A stretch of DNA of 64,000 bases, taken from positions 124,001 through 188,000 of the forward strand of contig JAPDFW010000094.1 in the NCBI GenBank assembly GCA_028826165.1. The letters run 5' to 3'. This document shows, in pieces, positions 13,405 through 25,225 of this stretch; positions within the stretch are counted from its first letter, which is position 1; the number at the start of each line of letters is the position of its first letter. A program made the translations under genes and the position numbers. This stretch comes from Anaeramoeba ignava BMAN. Taxonomy: Eukaryota > Protista > Anaeramoebae. The notes under the pieces are model-generated. The model saw nothing but the letters and a program-made list of their open reading frames with translations, did no database searches and was not told the DNA's origin.

Positions 13405-14237
13405 ATGGAAACAAATCAAGAACAAAATCAACAAGAAAATCAAACAAATCAACAAACAAATCAACAAACAAATCAAGAACAAAATCAACAAACAAATCAA
13501 GAACAAAATCAACAAACAAATCAACAAACAAATCAAGAACAAAATCAACAAGAAAATCAACAAGAAAATCAAGAACAAAATCAAGAACAAAAACCAAAAG
13601 TAAGAAAAGTAAACAAAAAATCAAATCAAAAAACAGAAGTACAAATTAAAAAATGGAATGGTTTGTTTTAAAATTTCACATAAAAAAACAAAAAATTTAA
13701 TTTAATTTAATTTAATTTAATTTAATCTAATTTAATCTAATTTAATTTAAAAAAATTTGTTCCAAATATTTAAACAAAATCCTCAACTTTTAAAACAGCA
13801 TTTGCGTAAGAGATTATAAATATAAATATAAATATTAATATAAATATTAATATAAATATAATTATAAATATAAATATAAATATAAATATAAATATAAATA
13901 TAAATATATAAATATAATTATAAATATAAATATAAATATAAATATAAATATAATTATAAATATAATTATAAATATAAATATAAATATAAATCGAAATAGA
14001 TTATGGGAATGGGATTTAGAAGATGATACATGTGCAATATGCCGTAATAATTTAATGGATTTATGTCGTAGATGTCAAGAAAATTCAGATTCATCAACGG
14101 CACAGGAATGCAATGTTGCTTGGGGTGTTTGTGGTCATGTTTTTCATTTTCATTGTATTTCTGGAGGTTTCCTCAAAACAAGACATGTTTGTCCTTTATG
14201 TGGAAAAGATTGGGAATTTAAAAAGATTGGTTATTAA
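13405..14237 (+). CDS. RBX1: RING-box protein RBX1 paralog B, 3 exons including a 7-nt microexon at 13799-13805
   Basis: Spliced product ...VQIKKWNA|FA|[78 protein letters not shown]. Confidence 0.88.
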
Positions 14238-14349
14238 TTTTTTCTCTTTCAAAACCTTTTTTTTAAAATCATTTGATAAAAAACATAATTTTCCAAAACA
14301 GAATAAATAAAACAAACAAGAAATTCCACTTTTAATTTATTCCATTTTT

Positions 14350-15160
14350 ATTATTAATTTTTAATACATATTTAAATTAATATTTATTTATAAATATAAA
14401 TTAAATCAAATTTTGAATAAATATTGAATTAAATATTAATTCAAAATAATTAAAGTTATTTATTTAATTTAAATAAAATATTTTAATTAATTTATATTAA
14501 TTTTTAATACATGTTTAAATTTAATATTTATTTATAAATATAAATTAAATCAAATTTTGAATAAATATTAAATAAAAATTTATTAATTCAAAATAATTAA
14601 ATTTATTTAAATTTCAAATTTTTAAAATAAAATATTTTAATTAAATTTTATATTAATTTTAAATACATGTTTAATTTAATGTTTATTTATAATTATAAAT
14701 TAAATCAAATTTTGAATAAATATTAAATAAAATATTAATTTAAAATAATTAAAGTTCTTTATTTAATTTAAATAAAATATTTTAATTAAATTTTTATTAA
14801 TTAATACATGTTTTTAATATTTATGTTTAAATTAATATTTATTTATAAATTTAATTTAAATAAAAATAAATTTTGAATACATATTTAAATATTAAATTAA
14901 ATATTAATTCAAAATAATTAAAGTTCTTTATTTAATTTAAATAAAATATTTTAATAAATTTATATTAATTTTTAATACATGTTTAAATTAATATTTATTT
15001 ATAAATTTATTTTAAATCAAAATTTTGAATAAATATTAAATTAAATATTAATTTAAAATAATTAAAGTTCTTTATTTAATTTAAATAAAATATTTTAATT
15101 AATTTATTTTAATTTTTGATACATGTTTAAATTAATATTTATTTATAAATTGATTTTAAT
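14350..15160. repeat. Intergenic tandem repeat, unit about 145-165 bp, about 5.5 copies
   Basis: The anchor atacat(g)tt recurs near 14364, 14507, 14663, 14803, 14975 and 15119, with aattttgaataaatatt and aataattaaagtt in most units. Confidence 0.85.
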
Positions 15161-15340
15161 TTATAATTTTAAAAAAAAATTTTTTATTTTTGGAACTTAA
15201 AAAGAAAATAATAATAAACATATAAATTAATATAAACTTGAAAAAATATGAAGAAGAAAATAAAAAGAAAAAAAAAAAAGCAAAAAAATTATTTTTCATT
15301 TTTTTTTTTAAATCAAAACAAAAAACAAAAAACAAAACAA

Positions 15341-18071
15341 ATGACATTACCAGTTAGAAAATGTGTACTTTTCCGGCACGGAATTGGATATTTTGAAAGA
15401 GAAGAAGAAATTGAAGGAGATCAAAACTTGGTTCTTAGTTTTAAAGAAGAAGTAATGAACGATGTATTAAAAAGTTTGACTATATATGATAACGGAGGAG
15501 GATATGTGAGCGGAATCAGTTACGAAGGCATGGGAAACAAAGTACCGAACATTTTGATAAATTTGGATAGTTCAGAGTCAATGAGCCAATTAATGGCAGA
15601 AACTCAAGGCGCAAATGTTGCTGTTACTTATGCTGGCGAGGTTTATAAAGGAACCATTGTCGGAATAGAACCAAAAACTCAAAAGAAAGAAGTCGATAAA
15701 AACACCACTTTTTTCGAAACTAATTTTTTGACGTTATTAATTCATGAAAATCAACTTAAATCGTTTGATTTAATGGAAGTTGAAAATGTCGAATTTTTGG
15801 ATGAAGAAATTAAAAGAGATTTACAACATCTTCTGGACGTTTTAATTTCTTCCAAAAAAAAAAGTATCAAAAATGTGACTGTGTTTTGTAAAGGAGAAAA
15901 AAAACGCACTTTCAAAGCTACTTATATCATTCCATTGCCTGTTTGGAAAACTTCTTATCGTGTCATGTTAGGGGCAAAAGAACCTATTCTTCAAGCTTGG
16001 GCTATTGTTGATAATACAACTGAAGAGGACTGGAAAAATATAAAGTTGGAACTTGTTAGTGGTCTTCCTGTTTCTTTTATTCATGATCTTTATTCACCAA
16101 GATTCCAAGTTAGACCAAAAATTGAAGTTCAAGAAGAAGCTGCTTTTGCTCCTCCTGTTTTGGAGCAAGCTCTTGAAAATTTTGATGAGGATGAATTGTA
16201 TGAAGTAATGGAAGAAAGAAAGGAAAAAGAATATGAAAAGAAACCTAAAATGAAAATGAAAAATCAATGGGAATGGCGAGAAGAAGTAGAGCTATGCCAC
16301 AAAAAAAAAGTGAAAAAAAAAGTAAAAATTTAATTATAAAATTTATTTTTACATGAAATATTTGAAAAATTTAATTCAAAAAAAAAAAGTTGTTTCAAAA
16401 CAAGAGAAATTGGAAGCATTTTCAAAATCAGTTAAACCAGATGTGCAAACAAGAAAATCTGAAGCAGTTGATCTTTGTCATTACTCAATATCAGTTCCAG
16501 TATCAGTTAAAAGAGATCAATCAGCATTAGTTCCAATCTTCCAAGGAAATTTCGGAGGAGAACAAGTATGTGTTTACAACGAATCAGTTCGAGCCAAAAA
16601 TCCGATGTCAACAATGTTATTCAAGAACACGACAGGATTGATTCTTGAAGGAGGACCAATAACAATGTATGAAAAAGGCGAATATATTGGAGAAGGAATG
16701 CTTGACACAATCCAACCAAACGATGATAAACTGATTCCATATGCAGTTGAACTTGGATGCATTGTGACAACAAGTAACGGAACACAATCACAAAGCACAC
16801 ATCAATCGGTTGTATCGAACGGAATACTTTCGACTCAAAGATTCTATTATTATTGGAAAAAATACGAGATCAATAACAAATCAACAAAAAAACTTGATTT
16901 CATTCTTGAACATCCAATCACTTATCAAACCAATTTATTCAACACAATGGATCCATATGAGAAAACAGACAACTACTACCGTTTCAGATTCCCAATTCCT
17001 CCAAAGCAAAAAATCGTGTTTGTTGCTGTCGAAAGAAAACAGTTGAGTGATACATTCTATCTTGACAACTTGAATGACCATCAAATAGTCACTTGGCATT
17101 CACAAAATTTGATTGATGAAAAAACAAAACAAATCCTCCACGAAATGGCAACCAAATTCCAGATTCGCGCAGATTTAAACAACCAGATTTCACGAGCAAA
17201 ATCTGAGCTCAACGACCATTTCAGAAATCAACGAAGAATTACCCAAAACATGAAATCACTTCGTGACACTTCAGATCAAAGAAAACTAAGAGATCGATAT
17301 GTTCAAGAATTGACAACAAGTGAAGATGAAATTGAGAAGATTCGAGAGAATATCAAAAAACTCGAGAAAAACCTTCATGTTCTCCAAACAAGTTTGACAA
17401 AGGAAGTCAATGCACTTCGTTATGAAACAATCCTCAACGTTCCAAAACCAGTTCTTCCTCAATCACAAATCAAAATTCAAGCTGATAAATTAAATCAAAA
17501 ACTGACTCATTTCCACGAAAAAGGAGACGAAGCTTTGCCCTCAGGATTTGATCAAGATTACATTAAATTAGGAATTGAATGCGATTCAGAATTAGGCACA
17601 CTTCACGACAAAAGAGACCACGAAGAGGAATGTATTGTTCGGTCAAATTTCCCAATTCCAGATTTTGTTAAAATTTATTACTTTGAAATGACAGTTGAAG
17701 ATCCTGGAAAATCAGAAGCTATTGCAATTGGTGCTGTTCCTGATGATCATACTCTTAAAGGAATGCCTGGTTGGGAAAACTCAATCGGTTATCATGGTGA
17801 CGATGGTAATATGTTCTTCTGCGATGGTCAAGGCGCTAAACTTGGTCCTACTTACTCAAAAAATGATACTGTTGGTTTCGGTTTGGATCGAACTACTAAA
17901 AATGCTTTTTTTACTCATAATGGAAAATTGGTTAAAGTTATTCCAGATAATAAGTTTGCTTTGTTCTCAAAAACTCTTTATCCTTGCATTGGTTTAGCTT
18001 CACAAAACGCAAAAATTACAGTTAATTTTGGAACAATTCCATTCCTTTACAAACTTGAATCAAAATATTAA
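15341..18071 (+). CDS. DUF4140/DUF4139-family protein (bacterial type) fused to a C-terminal RanBP9-like SPRY domain; one short intron (~16322-16389) and an apparent 1-bp frameshift near 16262
   Basis: MTLPVRKCVLFRHGIGYFER, MNDVLKSL, WKTSYR and LQAWAIVDNTTEEDWKNIKLELVSGLPVSFIHDLYSP are DUF4139-family motifs. YYFEMTV...MPGWENSIGYHGDDG...GPTYSKNDTVGFG...LYPCIGL...VNFG is a SPRY domain. Confidence 0.8.
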
Positions 18072-18221
18072 TTTCGATTCAAATTCTTTTCAATTTCAAT
18101 TTCAATTTCAATTTCAATTCAAATTTTAATTTTTTTTTAATTCAATTTTTTTCATTTACAAGAAATCAAAAGAAATCAAAAGAAATCAAAAGAGAATAAA
18201 AAAACAAAAGAAATCAATTTA

Positions 18222-19310
18222 TTATTTGTATTTTAATTCCTTCTCAAATTTTTTAAAAGAATTTATAATTTCTTCTGCATTATTTGAATAAAATTGAATT
18301 GCTTTTCCCGATTTCAATTTAATCACAAAATTATCCTTAATCCATGAATTGGAATCAATTGAATCAATTTCTTGAGGTTCTTGAACTGCCAAACGATCAA
18401 ATAAAGGTTCCTTTTCAGATTTTGTTGAAAAAACTCTAAATTGCATTCTTTTTTCTTGAGAATCCATTTTCAAATTAATCAAACAAGAATCATAATTTTT
18501 ATGCCGATTTTGAATTTTGGCTTCAAAACATTTCTCCTTAATATTTTCCTGATCGATTTCTTGTTTAAACTCCAATAATTTGGGAGCCATTAACGATATT
18601 GTATTTTTTCCTGATGAAATTTTTGATTCGAAATTTTTAATCTCATTTTCCAATTCAATCAAAGTTTTCTTTGTATTTTCATTTAGAATTGGAAATTGCA
18701 ATTCTAACGCTTCATTTTTGCTTTTCAATGTTTGATTTTCATTCATTGTGCTGAATTGATTTGCTTTCAAGTTATTTTCTTGAGTTACTAATTCTTTGAA
18801 CTCTTTTTCCTTTTTTTGAACAGTTGATTTAAGTTCCATTATTTGTTTTTCCAAAATACTTATTTTTTGTGGATATTTCTGTTCAATTTCTTTCATTTCG
18901 TCTTGCAATCGCTGTTTCTTTTCCGACACTCGATTTACTTTTTGATTCAATTGATCAAAAAGTTGTTGAATATCAATATCATCTTTGATTTTATTTTTTT
19001 GATATTTTTTCTTCTTTTTTTTCTTCTTGTTTTTTGTTAAATCTTCTTCAAATTCTTCTTCATGCATTTTTTTAAATCTTCCAATTTGTTTTTTCAAATC
19101 TTCGTTTTCTTTGCTTGATTTTGATATTGTTTCATCTTTTGTTTTGATTTCTTTTTGTAATTTATTTATTGATTGTGCTAATTGTTGTTGTTTTTTTTTT
19201 AATGGATTTCGGATTTTTAATTCTTTGACTAATTTTTCTTTACATTCTTCAATTTGATTTTGAATATCGAAAAGATTTGAATTTTCATTTAAATTTTGTA
19301 TTTCATTCAT
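18222..19310 (-). CDS. Coiled-coil protein with a small C-terminal beta/alpha (possibly PH-like) domain, intronless
   Basis: ORF 18222..19361; the probable start is MNEIQ at 19310. Long heptad-rich K/E/Q region. Confidence 0.7.
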   Translation of the reverse strand: MNEIQNLNENSNLFDIQNQIEECKEKLVKELKIRNPLKKKQQQLAQSINKLQKEIKTKDETISKSSKENEDLKKQIGRFKKMHEEEFEEDLTKNKKKKKKKKYQKNKIKDDIDIQQLFDQLNQKVNRVSEKKQRLQDEMKEIEQKYPQKISILEKQIMELKSTVQKKEKEFKELVTQENNLKANQFSTMNENQTLKSKNEALELQFPILNENTKKTLIELENEIKNFESKISSGKNTISLMAPKLLEFKQEIDQENIKEKCFEAKIQNRHKNYDSCLINLKMDSQEKRMQFRVFSTKSEKEPLFDRLAVQEPQEIDSIDSNSWIKDNFVIKLKSGKAIQFYSNNAEEIINSFKKFEKELKYK

Positions 19311-19435
19311 TTTTTGAAAAAGAAAAAAAAAATGAAAAAAATTTATTTTTTGGATTTTCATTTTTTTTTGTGTTTTAAAGAAAGAAACCGAAAAAAAATT
19401 GATTTTCTGTCAAATTTGTAACCAATTTGAATAAG

Positions 19436-21307
19436 TTATTTTTTCATTTTGGTTTTGACCTTTGACAATATTTTTAAAATTTTAATTAAAAAATTAAACA
19501 TTTTTCTTTTTCTTTTTTCTTTTTCTTTTTCTTTTTGATTTTGATTATTAAATTTGTTAATTAATAAATCAAATAAATTTGGATTTGTTTGATTTAATTG
19601 AAAATAATCAATTCCAATTTGAATTTCATCAATAATTTCTTGTGTAATTTCAATTCCATTTTTAATTTGATTTGAATAAATCCAATATTCAAATATTTGA
19701 AATGATTTATTACTTAATTCACTATAATCTGTAACTTTATTTGATTTATCTTCAGTTACAGATAAAAACATTCCTCGATATAATTCACTTCTCATTATTA
19801 ATATTAATTTTGGAAATTTATATTGTTTTTCTTTTCTTCCAATTATAAAATCTTTTTCGTTTTCATTTAAATAAATTCTTTTAATTGTTTCTTCAATTTT
19901 TTCATTGGAATTTATAATTTCTTTAATTTCAAAATATAATTTTGGATTTATTTTGGAATTATTTGAATAAATCATTTCAAATATTTGATTTGATTCTTTA
20001 ATTGATTTTTTTGAAATAATTTCTTGAAGTTTTTCAATTTGATTTTGATTTTGATTTAATCTATATTTCAATATTAATTTATGAGCTTCAATTATTTCTC
20101 CATTTTTGGTTTTAAATGAAATATCACAAAATTCTTTTCTTCGAAATAATTTTATCAAATCTTCTTCAAGATTAGAAAAAGAAAGAGGAGAATAATAAAG
20201 AAATGAATTATGATTTCCACAAGAAATATGATAATTGGAAATATTTTCATTAAATCTTAATTTAGGAAATTCAATTTGAATTGGAATTAAATGAGTATTT
20301 GTATCTTCAATTCCTAATTGACCATATTCATTATATCCAAATACTATTAATTTTGAATTGGAAGTTAAAATCAAAGTATGATCTCTTCCAAAAGAAAAAT
20401 CAAGAATATTATCATTATCTTCAAATAAAGATGATTTGATTTCAGTAAATTCATAAGTATTTTGATATTTGCCAAGTCCATTATATGAATATTCTCCACA
20501 TGAATAAAGTTTTCTTTTTGTATTTTGATTTTTATCTTCTTCTTCAATCAACATTATTGAATGGAATGCACAATGAATATCAATTATTTTACCTTTTGGA
20601 ATATTTTGGATTTTGGTTAATTTTTTGATGATTATTTCTTTTCTTGATATTCCTAATCCAAGTTGACCATATTTATTATATCCGCATCCAAATAATTCTT
20701 GATTTGAATTTAAAAGAAAAATATGATTTGAAATTCCTGAAAATATTTTAGAAACATTTTTCATCATTAAAATTGGTTTTTCTGTTTTTTCAAATGGTTT
20801 AGAATCAAAACCAAGTTGACTCAAACGATTTGAACCAATTCCATAAACATTTTGATTTGAAGTTAATAAGTAAATTGAATAAGCTCCAGAAACAATATCT
20901 TGAATTATTCTATCATTTGTATCTTTAATTAATGATGAAATATTGATAAATTCTTTTGGATTTTTTGGATTAATATTTTTTCCTTTGGCAAATACATTTC
21001 CTTCTATTGTTAAAATAGCTTCATTGAGATAACCAACAGTTACTTTTTGAATATTTTCTTCAATTTGGATTTTTTCAGGATTTTGTTTTGAATCACTTTC
21101 TCTTAAATATTCTATTGCTTTTCCATTTTTAAAAAGGAAAATTGTTGAATAATCTCCTGATGAAATTTGTTTAATTTGTTTTTCATTTTCATTTTCATTT
21201 TCATTTTCATTTTCAAATTTAAATTGAATTGGTTTTGTTATTATATTTGGTTCATTTTGGATAAGTTTTGGATTTTGATTTCTTCCAAAAAATATAATTT
21301 CATTCAT
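19436..21307 (-). CDS. RCC1-repeat beta-propeller + tandem BTB/POZ protein, copy 1 (C-terminal extension probably a frameshift artefact)
   Basis: RCC1 motifs CGYNKYGQLGLG, FGYNEYGQLG and GRDHTLIL. BTB-like FCDISFKTKNGEIIEAHKLILKYR and KDFII...KLILIMRSELYRGMF...FEYWIYSN. Confidence 0.9.
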   Translation of the reverse strand: MNEIIFFGRNQNPKLIQNEPNIITKPIQFKFENENENENENEKQIKQISSGDYSTIFLFKNGKAIEYLRESDSKQNPEKIQIEENIQKVTVGYLNEAILTIEGNVFAKGKNINPKNPKEFINISSLIKDTNDRIIQDIVSGAYSIYLLTSNQNVYGIGSNRLSQLGFDSKPFEKTEKPILMMKNVSKIFSGISNHIFLLNSNQELFGCGYNKYGQLGLGISRKEIIIKKLTKIQNIPKGKIIDIHCAFHSIMLIEEEDKNQNTKRKLYSCGEYSYNGLGKYQNTYEFTEIKSSLFEDNDNILDFSFGRDHTLILTSNSKLIVFGYNEYGQLGIEDTNTHLIPIQIEFPKLRFNENISNYHISCGNHNSFLYYSPLSFSNLEEDLIKLFRRKEFCDISFKTKNGEIIEAHKLILKYRLNQNQNQIEKLQEIISKKSIKESNQIFEMIYSNNSKINPKLYFEIKEIINSNEKIEETIKRIYLNENEKDFIIGRKEKQYKFPKLILIMRSELYRGMFLSVTEDKSNKVTDYSELSNKSFQIFEYWIYSNQIKNGIEITQEIIDEIQIGIDYFQLNQTNPNLFDLLINKFNNQNQKEKEKEKRKRKMFNFLIKILKILSKVKTKMKK

Positions 21308-21382
21308 TTTTGAAAAGAAAAAAAATGAAAAAAATGATTTTTAATTTTAATTTTGATTTTAATTTTAATTTTAATTTTGATT

Positions 21383-23200
21383 TTAATTTTGATTATTAAA
21401 TTTCTTAATTAATAAATCAAATAAATTTGGATTTGTTTGATTTAATTGAAAATAATCAATTCCAATTTTAATTTCTTCAATGATTTCTTGTGTAATTTCA
21501 ATTCCATCTTTAATTTGATTTGAATAAATCCAATATTCAAATATTTGAAATGAATTATTACTTAATTCACTATAATCTGTAACTTTATTAGATTTATCTT
21601 CAGTTACAGATAAAAACATTCCTCGATATAATTCACTTCTCATTATTAATATTAATTTTGGAAATTTATATTGTTTTTCTTTTCTTTCAATTATAAAATC
21701 TTTTTCGTTTTCATTTTCATTTTCATTTAAATAAATTCTTTTCATTGTTTCTTCAATTTTTTCATTTAAATTTATAATTTCTTTAATTTCAAAATATAAT
21801 TTTTGATTTATTTTGGAATTATTTGAATAAATCATTTCAAATATTTCATTTGATTCTTTAATTGATTTATTTGAAATAATTTCTTGAAGTTTTTCAATTT
21901 GATTTTGATTTTGATTTAATCTATATTTCAATATTAATTTATGAGCTGAGATTATTTCTCCATTTTTGGTTTTAAATGAAATATTACAAAATTCTTTTCT
22001 TCTAAATAATTTTATCAAATCTTCTTCAAGATTGGAAAAAGAAGAAAGAGAATAATAAAGAAATGAATTATCATATCCACAAGAAAGATGATAATTGGAA
22101 ATATTTTCATTAAATCTTAATTTAGGAAGTTCAATTTGAATTGGAATTAATTGATCTTTTGTATCTCCAGTTCCTAATTGACCATATTCATTATATCCAA
22201 ATACTATCAATTTTGATTTGGAAGTTAAAATCAAAGTATGAGCATTTCCAACAGAAAAATCAAGAATATTATCATCATTTTCAAATAAAGATAATTTGAT
22301 TTCAGTAAATTCATAAGTATTTTCTCTGTATTTTTTACCAAGTCCATTATTTTGATAATATCCACATGAATAAAGTTTTCTTTTTGGATTTTGATTTTCA
22401 TTTTCAATCAATATTATTGAATGAATACTTCCACATTGAATATCAATTATTTTACCTTTTGAAATATTTTGGATTTTGGTTAATTTTTGGATTTTTGTTT
22501 CTTCTCTTCTTGATTCTCCTAATCCAAGTTGACCATATCTATTATATCCGCATCCAAATAATTCTTGATTTGAATTTAAAAGAATAACATGTTCAGAAGT
22601 ATTTCCTGAAAATATTTTAGAAACATTTTTCATCATTAAAATTGGTTTTTCTGTTTCATTAAGTGTTTCATAATCAAAACCAAGTTGACAATATTCATTT
22701 GAACCAATTCCATAAACATTTTGATTTGAAGTTAATAAGTAAATTGAATAAGCTCCAGAAACAACATCTTGAATTATTCTATCATTTTTATCTTTAATTA
22801 ATGATGAAATATTGATAAATTCATTTGGATTATTTGGATTAATATCTTTTCCTTTTGCAAATACATTTCCTTCTTTTGTTAAAATAGCTTCATTATGAAC
22901 ACCAACAGTTACTTTTTGAATATTTTCTTCAATTTGAATTTTTACAGGATTTTGATTTGAATCACTTTCTCTTAAATATTCTATTGCTTTTCCATTTTTA
23001 AAAAGGAAAATTGTTGAAAAGAAACCTGTTGCAATTTGTTTAATTTGTTTTTCATTTTCATTTTCATTTTCATTTTCATTTTCATTTTCATTTTCATTTT
23101 CATTTTCAAATTTAAATTGAATTGGTTTTGTTATTATATTTGATTCATTTTTTATAAGAATTGGATTTTGATTTCTTCCAAAAAATATAATTTCATTCAT
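21383..23200 (-). CDS. RCC1-BTB-BTB protein, copy 2
   Basis: 605-aa intronless ORF with the same motifs as copy 1. Confidence 0.92.
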   Translation of the reverse strand: MNEIIFFGRNQNPILIKNESNIITKPIQFKFENENENENENENENENENEKQIKQIATGFFSTIFLFKNGKAIEYLRESDSNQNPVKIQIEENIQKVTVGVHNEAILTKEGNVFAKGKDINPNNPNEFINISSLIKDKNDRIIQDVVSGAYSIYLLTSNQNVYGIGSNEYCQLGFDYETLNETEKPILMMKNVSKIFSGNTSEHVILLNSNQELFGCGYNRYGQLGLGESRREETKIQKLTKIQNISKGKIIDIQCGSIHSIILIENENQNPKRKLYSCGYYQNNGLGKKYRENTYEFTEIKLSLFENDDNILDFSVGNAHTLILTSKSKLIVFGYNEYGQLGTGDTKDQLIPIQIELPKLRFNENISNYHLSCGYDNSFLYYSLSSFSNLEEDLIKLFRRKEFCNISFKTKNGEIISAHKLILKYRLNQNQNQIEKLQEIISNKSIKESNEIFEMIYSNNSKINQKLYFEIKEIINLNEKIEETMKRIYLNENENENEKDFIIERKEKQYKFPKLILIMRSELYRGMFLSVTEDKSNKVTDYSELSNNSFQIFEYWIYSNQIKDGIEITQEIIEEIKIGIDYFQLNQTNPNLFDLLIKKFNNQN

Positions 23201-23416
23201 TTTTGAAAAGTAAAAAAAATGAAAAAAATGATTTTTAGATTTTTAATTTTAATTTTTAATTTAATTTTAATTTTAATTTTAATTTTAATTTTAATTTTAA
23301 TTTTAATTTTAATTTTGATTTTAATTTTAATTTTAATTTTAATTTTAATTTTAATTTTAATTTTAATTTTAATTTTAATTTTAATTTTAATTTTAATTTT
23401 AATTTTAATTTTAATT

Positions 23417-25225
23417 TTAATTTTGATTATTAAATTTGTTAATTAATAAATCAAATAAATTTGGATTTGTTTGATTTAATTGAAAATAATCAATTCCAAT
23501 TTTAATTTCTTCAATGATTTCTTGTGTAATTTCAATTTCATCTTTAATTTGATTTGAATAAATCCAATATTCAAATATTTGAAATGATTTATTACTTAAT
23601 TCACTATAATCTGTAACTTTATTAGAAGTATCTTCTGTTACAGATAAAAACATTCCTCGATATAATTCACTTCTCATTATTAATATTAATTTTGGAAATT
23701 TATATTGTTTTTCTTTTCTTTCAATTATAAAATCTTTTTCATTTTCATTTAAATAAATTCTTTTCATTGTTTCTTCAATTTTTTCATTTGAATTTATAAT
23801 TTCTTTAATTTCAGAATATAATTTTGGATTTATTTTGGAATTGTTTGAATAAATCATTTCAAATATTTGATTTGATTCTTTAATTGATTTATTTGAAATA
23901 ATTTCTTGAAGTTTTTCAATTTCATTTTCATTTTGATTTAATCTATATTTCAATATTAATTTATGAGCTTCAATTATTTCTCCATTTTTGGTTTTAAATG
24001 AAATATTACAAAATTCTTTTCTTCTAAATAATTTTATCAAATCTTCTTCAAGATTGGAAAAAGAAAGAGGAGAATAATAAAGAAATGAATTCCAAATTCC
24101 ACAAGAAACATGATAATTAGAAATATCTTCATTAAATCTTAATTTAGGAAGTTCAATTTGAATAGGAATTGAATGAAAAAAATCTATAACTCCAATTCCT
24201 AATTGGCCATATTCATTATTTCCAAATCCTATCAATTTCGAATTATTTGTTAAAATTAAAGTATGATAACGACCAACAGAAAAATCAAGAATATTATCAT
24301 TTTCAAATAAAGATGATTTGATTTCAGTAAATTCATAAGTATTTTGATTTTTGCCAAGTCCATTATTTTGATAATATCCACATGAATAAAGTTTTCTTTT
24401 TGGATTTTGATTTTGATTTTGATTTTGATTTTCATTTTCATTTTCAATCAATATTATTGAATGAATACTTCCACATTGAATATCAATTATTTTACCTTTT
24501 GAAATATTTTGGATTTTGGTTAATTTTTGGATTTTTGTTTCTTCTCTTCTTGATTCTCCTAATCCAAGTTGACCATATCTATTATATCCGCATCCAAATA
24601 ATTCTTGATTTGAATTTAAAAGAATAACACCTCTTGATGAATTCCCTGAAAATATTTTAGAAACATTTTTCATCATTAAAATTGGTTTTTCTGTTTTTTC
24701 AAATGGTTTAGAATCAACTCCAAATTGACCTGAATAATTTGAACCAATTCCATAAACATTTTGATTTGAAGTTAATAAATAAATTGAATAAACTCCAGAA
24801 ACAATATCTTGAATTATTCTATCATTTGTATCTTTAATTAATGATGAAATATTGATAAATTCATTTGGATTTTTTGAATTAATATCTTTTCCTTTGGCAA
24901 ATACATTTCCTTCTATTGTTAAAATAGCTTCATTATGAACACTAACAGTTACTTTTTCAATATTTTCAATTTCGATTTTTTGAAGATTTTTATTTGAATC
25001 ACTTTCTCTTAAATATTCTATTGCTTTTCCATTTTCAAAAAGGAAAATTGTTGAAAAAGTTCCTGATGAAATTTGTTTAATTTGTTTTTCATTTTCATTT
25101 TCATTTTCATTTTCATTTTCATTTTCATTTTCAAATTTAAATTGAATTGGTTTTGTTATTATATTTGGTTCATTTTTGATAAATTTTGGATTTTGATTTC
25201 TTCCAAAAAATATAATTTCATTCAT
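23417..25225 (-). CDS. RCC1-BTB-BTB protein, copy 3
   Basis: 602-aa intronless ORF with the same motifs. Confidence 0.92.
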   Translation of the reverse strand: MNEIIFFGRNQNPKFIKNEPNIITKPIQFKFENENENENENENENEKQIKQISSGTFSTIFLFENGKAIEYLRESDSNKNLQKIEIENIEKVTVSVHNEAILTIEGNVFAKGKDINSKNPNEFINISSLIKDTNDRIIQDIVSGVYSIYLLTSNQNVYGIGSNYSGQFGVDSKPFEKTEKPILMMKNVSKIFSGNSSRGVILLNSNQELFGCGYNRYGQLGLGESRREETKIQKLTKIQNISKGKIIDIQCGSIHSIILIENENENQNQNQNQNPKRKLYSCGYYQNNGLGKNQNTYEFTEIKSSLFENDNILDFSVGRYHTLILTNNSKLIGFGNNEYGQLGIGVIDFFHSIPIQIELPKLRFNEDISNYHVSCGIWNSFLYYSPLSFSNLEEDLIKLFRRKEFCNISFKTKNGEIIEAHKLILKYRLNQNENEIEKLQEIISNKSIKESNQIFEMIYSNNSKINPKLYSEIKEIINSNEKIEETMKRIYLNENEKDFIIERKEKQYKFPKLILIMRSELYRGMFLSVTEDTSNKVTDYSELSNKSFQIFEYWIYSNQIKDEIEITQEIIEEIKIGIDYFQLNQTNPNLFDLLINKFNNQN

